DNA of 64,000 nucleotides from Tubulanus polymorphus (Eukaryota; Animalia; Nemertea): NCBI RefSeq assembly GCF_964204645.1, contig NC_134036.1, positions 4,556,600 to 4,620,599 of the forward strand, read 5' to 3'. Shown piece by piece: positions 62,630 to 64,000 of this stretch (position 1 is its first letter; each line of letters starts with the position of its first letter). The notes under the pieces were generated by a model. It saw only the letters and a program-made list of their open reading frames with translations, ran no database searches and was not told where the DNA came from. The position numbers and the translations under genes were made by a program.

Positions 62630-63675
62630 CGTCTAGAATTTGACATAGATACATTATTAAGTAATGATTATTCGGTAGTTTCCAATAGGCTCTCAGTGAA
62701 TAAAACTTTTATCAGATCGTAAAAAAATAATAACATAGTTTCCTCAAAATTAGTCTCATCAGTTCGTAAAAATAATGATGGAAAGAAACACTGATAAACT
62801 CGGTGAACATTTGTTTGTTACATTAGAGGAATTCGAAGTCAATGAAATCGCATGTGCTGGATACTAATTAGTTAAAATGTGACTTCCTGCGGCGAGCGTT
62901 TCTCTGGCCATGAGCGCGGGACGGCTACATCGCTTGCGTTTGGCATCGCAGAAACACGGAAACAAGTTTATGTCCCTGGTTTCCGTGTGTGCTGGGCTTT
63001 ATATATAATACAGATTGATGATTGATGATTCCCTTTTGACTTAACAACTGAGAATCATTCGAATAAAATCTGTGTCTCGCCTCAGTTATGAGAAACGATA
63101 CATTAGTTATGCATTCTATGTACCTTAGAGCAAAATTACAACGGTAAAATCTTGAAAATACTGAACAAATTACTATACTAGACTGCAAGTCAATGAACAA
63201 TTGTCACCAATTCGTATATTATCACACCAGGTGTGTTATCTACTTACGGTTTTGCCTTCGTCTTAAACGTTTGGTTGCTGCATTCAAAATAGAAGCGTTT
63301 ATGTAGATAATTCCTACATGAATTTTACACTTCAGATGTTTAATACACTATTTGCTTTTCTGTTCAGGTTCTATTGGATTTGCCGGGTGTTTACCGCAGA
63401 AATCGAATTGAGAGTTGGAACGGATGAAATATGAAACTATTTTGTGATATGTTTTACCGTAAATTCGGGACCGAATAATAGTAAGTTAACTGTTAATGAA
63501 CGTGTTCAGCCATATTGAACTGACAAAACTTGGTGACTTGATTAGATTATAGCGCTTGAATCCAGTGTTCGAAACGGGTGAAATATGTATTTATTTCGGG
63601 GTATACAAGGGTAATCCAGGTACATACCCAGCCCCTCGATCCCAGCCACTTTATATAAGTGTAATCCATGCACGG

Positions 63676-63910
63676 ATTTGTCGGTTCGTCGGTTTGTCGG
63701 CATGTCGGTTCGTCGGTTTGTCGGCATGTCGGTTCGTCGGTTTGTCGGTTCGTCGGTTTGTCGATTCGTCGGTTTGTCGATTCGTCGGTTCGTCGGTTTG
63801 TCGATTCGTCGGTTTGTCGATTCGTCGGTTCGTCGGTTTGTCGATTCGTCGGTTTGTCGATTCGTCGGTTTGTCAGTTCGTCGGTTTGTCGGTTCGTCGG
63901 TTTGTCGGGT
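63676..63910. repeat. Microsatellite/minisatellite of 8-bp units (TTCGTCGG / TTTGTCGR)
   Basis: Directly visible tandem array; it produces spurious repetitive ORFs. Confidence 0.9.
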
Positions 63911-64000
63911 ATGTCGGTATGTTCGCACGTCCCTATGGCGTAATGTCGTAAGATTCAATCAGTCGAATATTGGCGGATTAATTCCAAATACCAGTCCAAT

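Larger units (their letters stand above)
51225..62800. repeat. Direct duplication: about 51225-54780 vs about 59280-62800 (GPCR B plus knottin; offset about 8.05 kb)
   Basis: Near-identical colinear sequence including B2/B3 and K8/K10. Confidence 0.9.

Noticed and set aside
63542-63958. Three overlapping repetitive ORFs (TNRRTD/RFVGLS repeats)
   Set aside because: They are translations of an 8-bp microsatellite; no evidence of coding.

Overview
AT-rich eukaryotic DNA, probably from an invertebrate animal. A marine lophotrochozoan such as a nemertean is plausible but cannot be verified from the sequence. The window holds two interleaved, tandemly amplifying gene families. (1) Rhodopsin-class (class A) orphan GPCRs with single-exon CDSs, FMRFamide/peptide-receptor-like. 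Family A has 4 intact copies, 1 nonsense pseudogene and relics. Family B has 2 intact copies, 1 nonsense pseudogene and 4 fragments. (2) Absent from the ORF track: ten minus-strand spliced genes (K1-K10, 25.9-62.6 kb), each encoding a roughly 47-54 aa secreted peptide (K5 reads through to 69 aa). Each has a signal-peptide exon, a phase-1 GT-AG intron, and an exon for a 25-27 aa C-x6-C-x5-CC-x3/4-C-x3/4-C inhibitor-cystine-knot (knottin, conotoxin-like) peptide with no propeptide. The knottin loops are hypervariable, with almost only amino-acid-changing differences between recent duplicates, while signal peptides, introns, UTRs and Cys codons are conserved. The amplified unit appears to be a family-B GPCR lying tail-to-tail with a knottin gene. 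The window also contains MITE- and Helentron-like elements, a Penelope-type hammerhead palindrome, and an AT-rich fold-back insertion with a decayed virus-like zinc-finger ORF.
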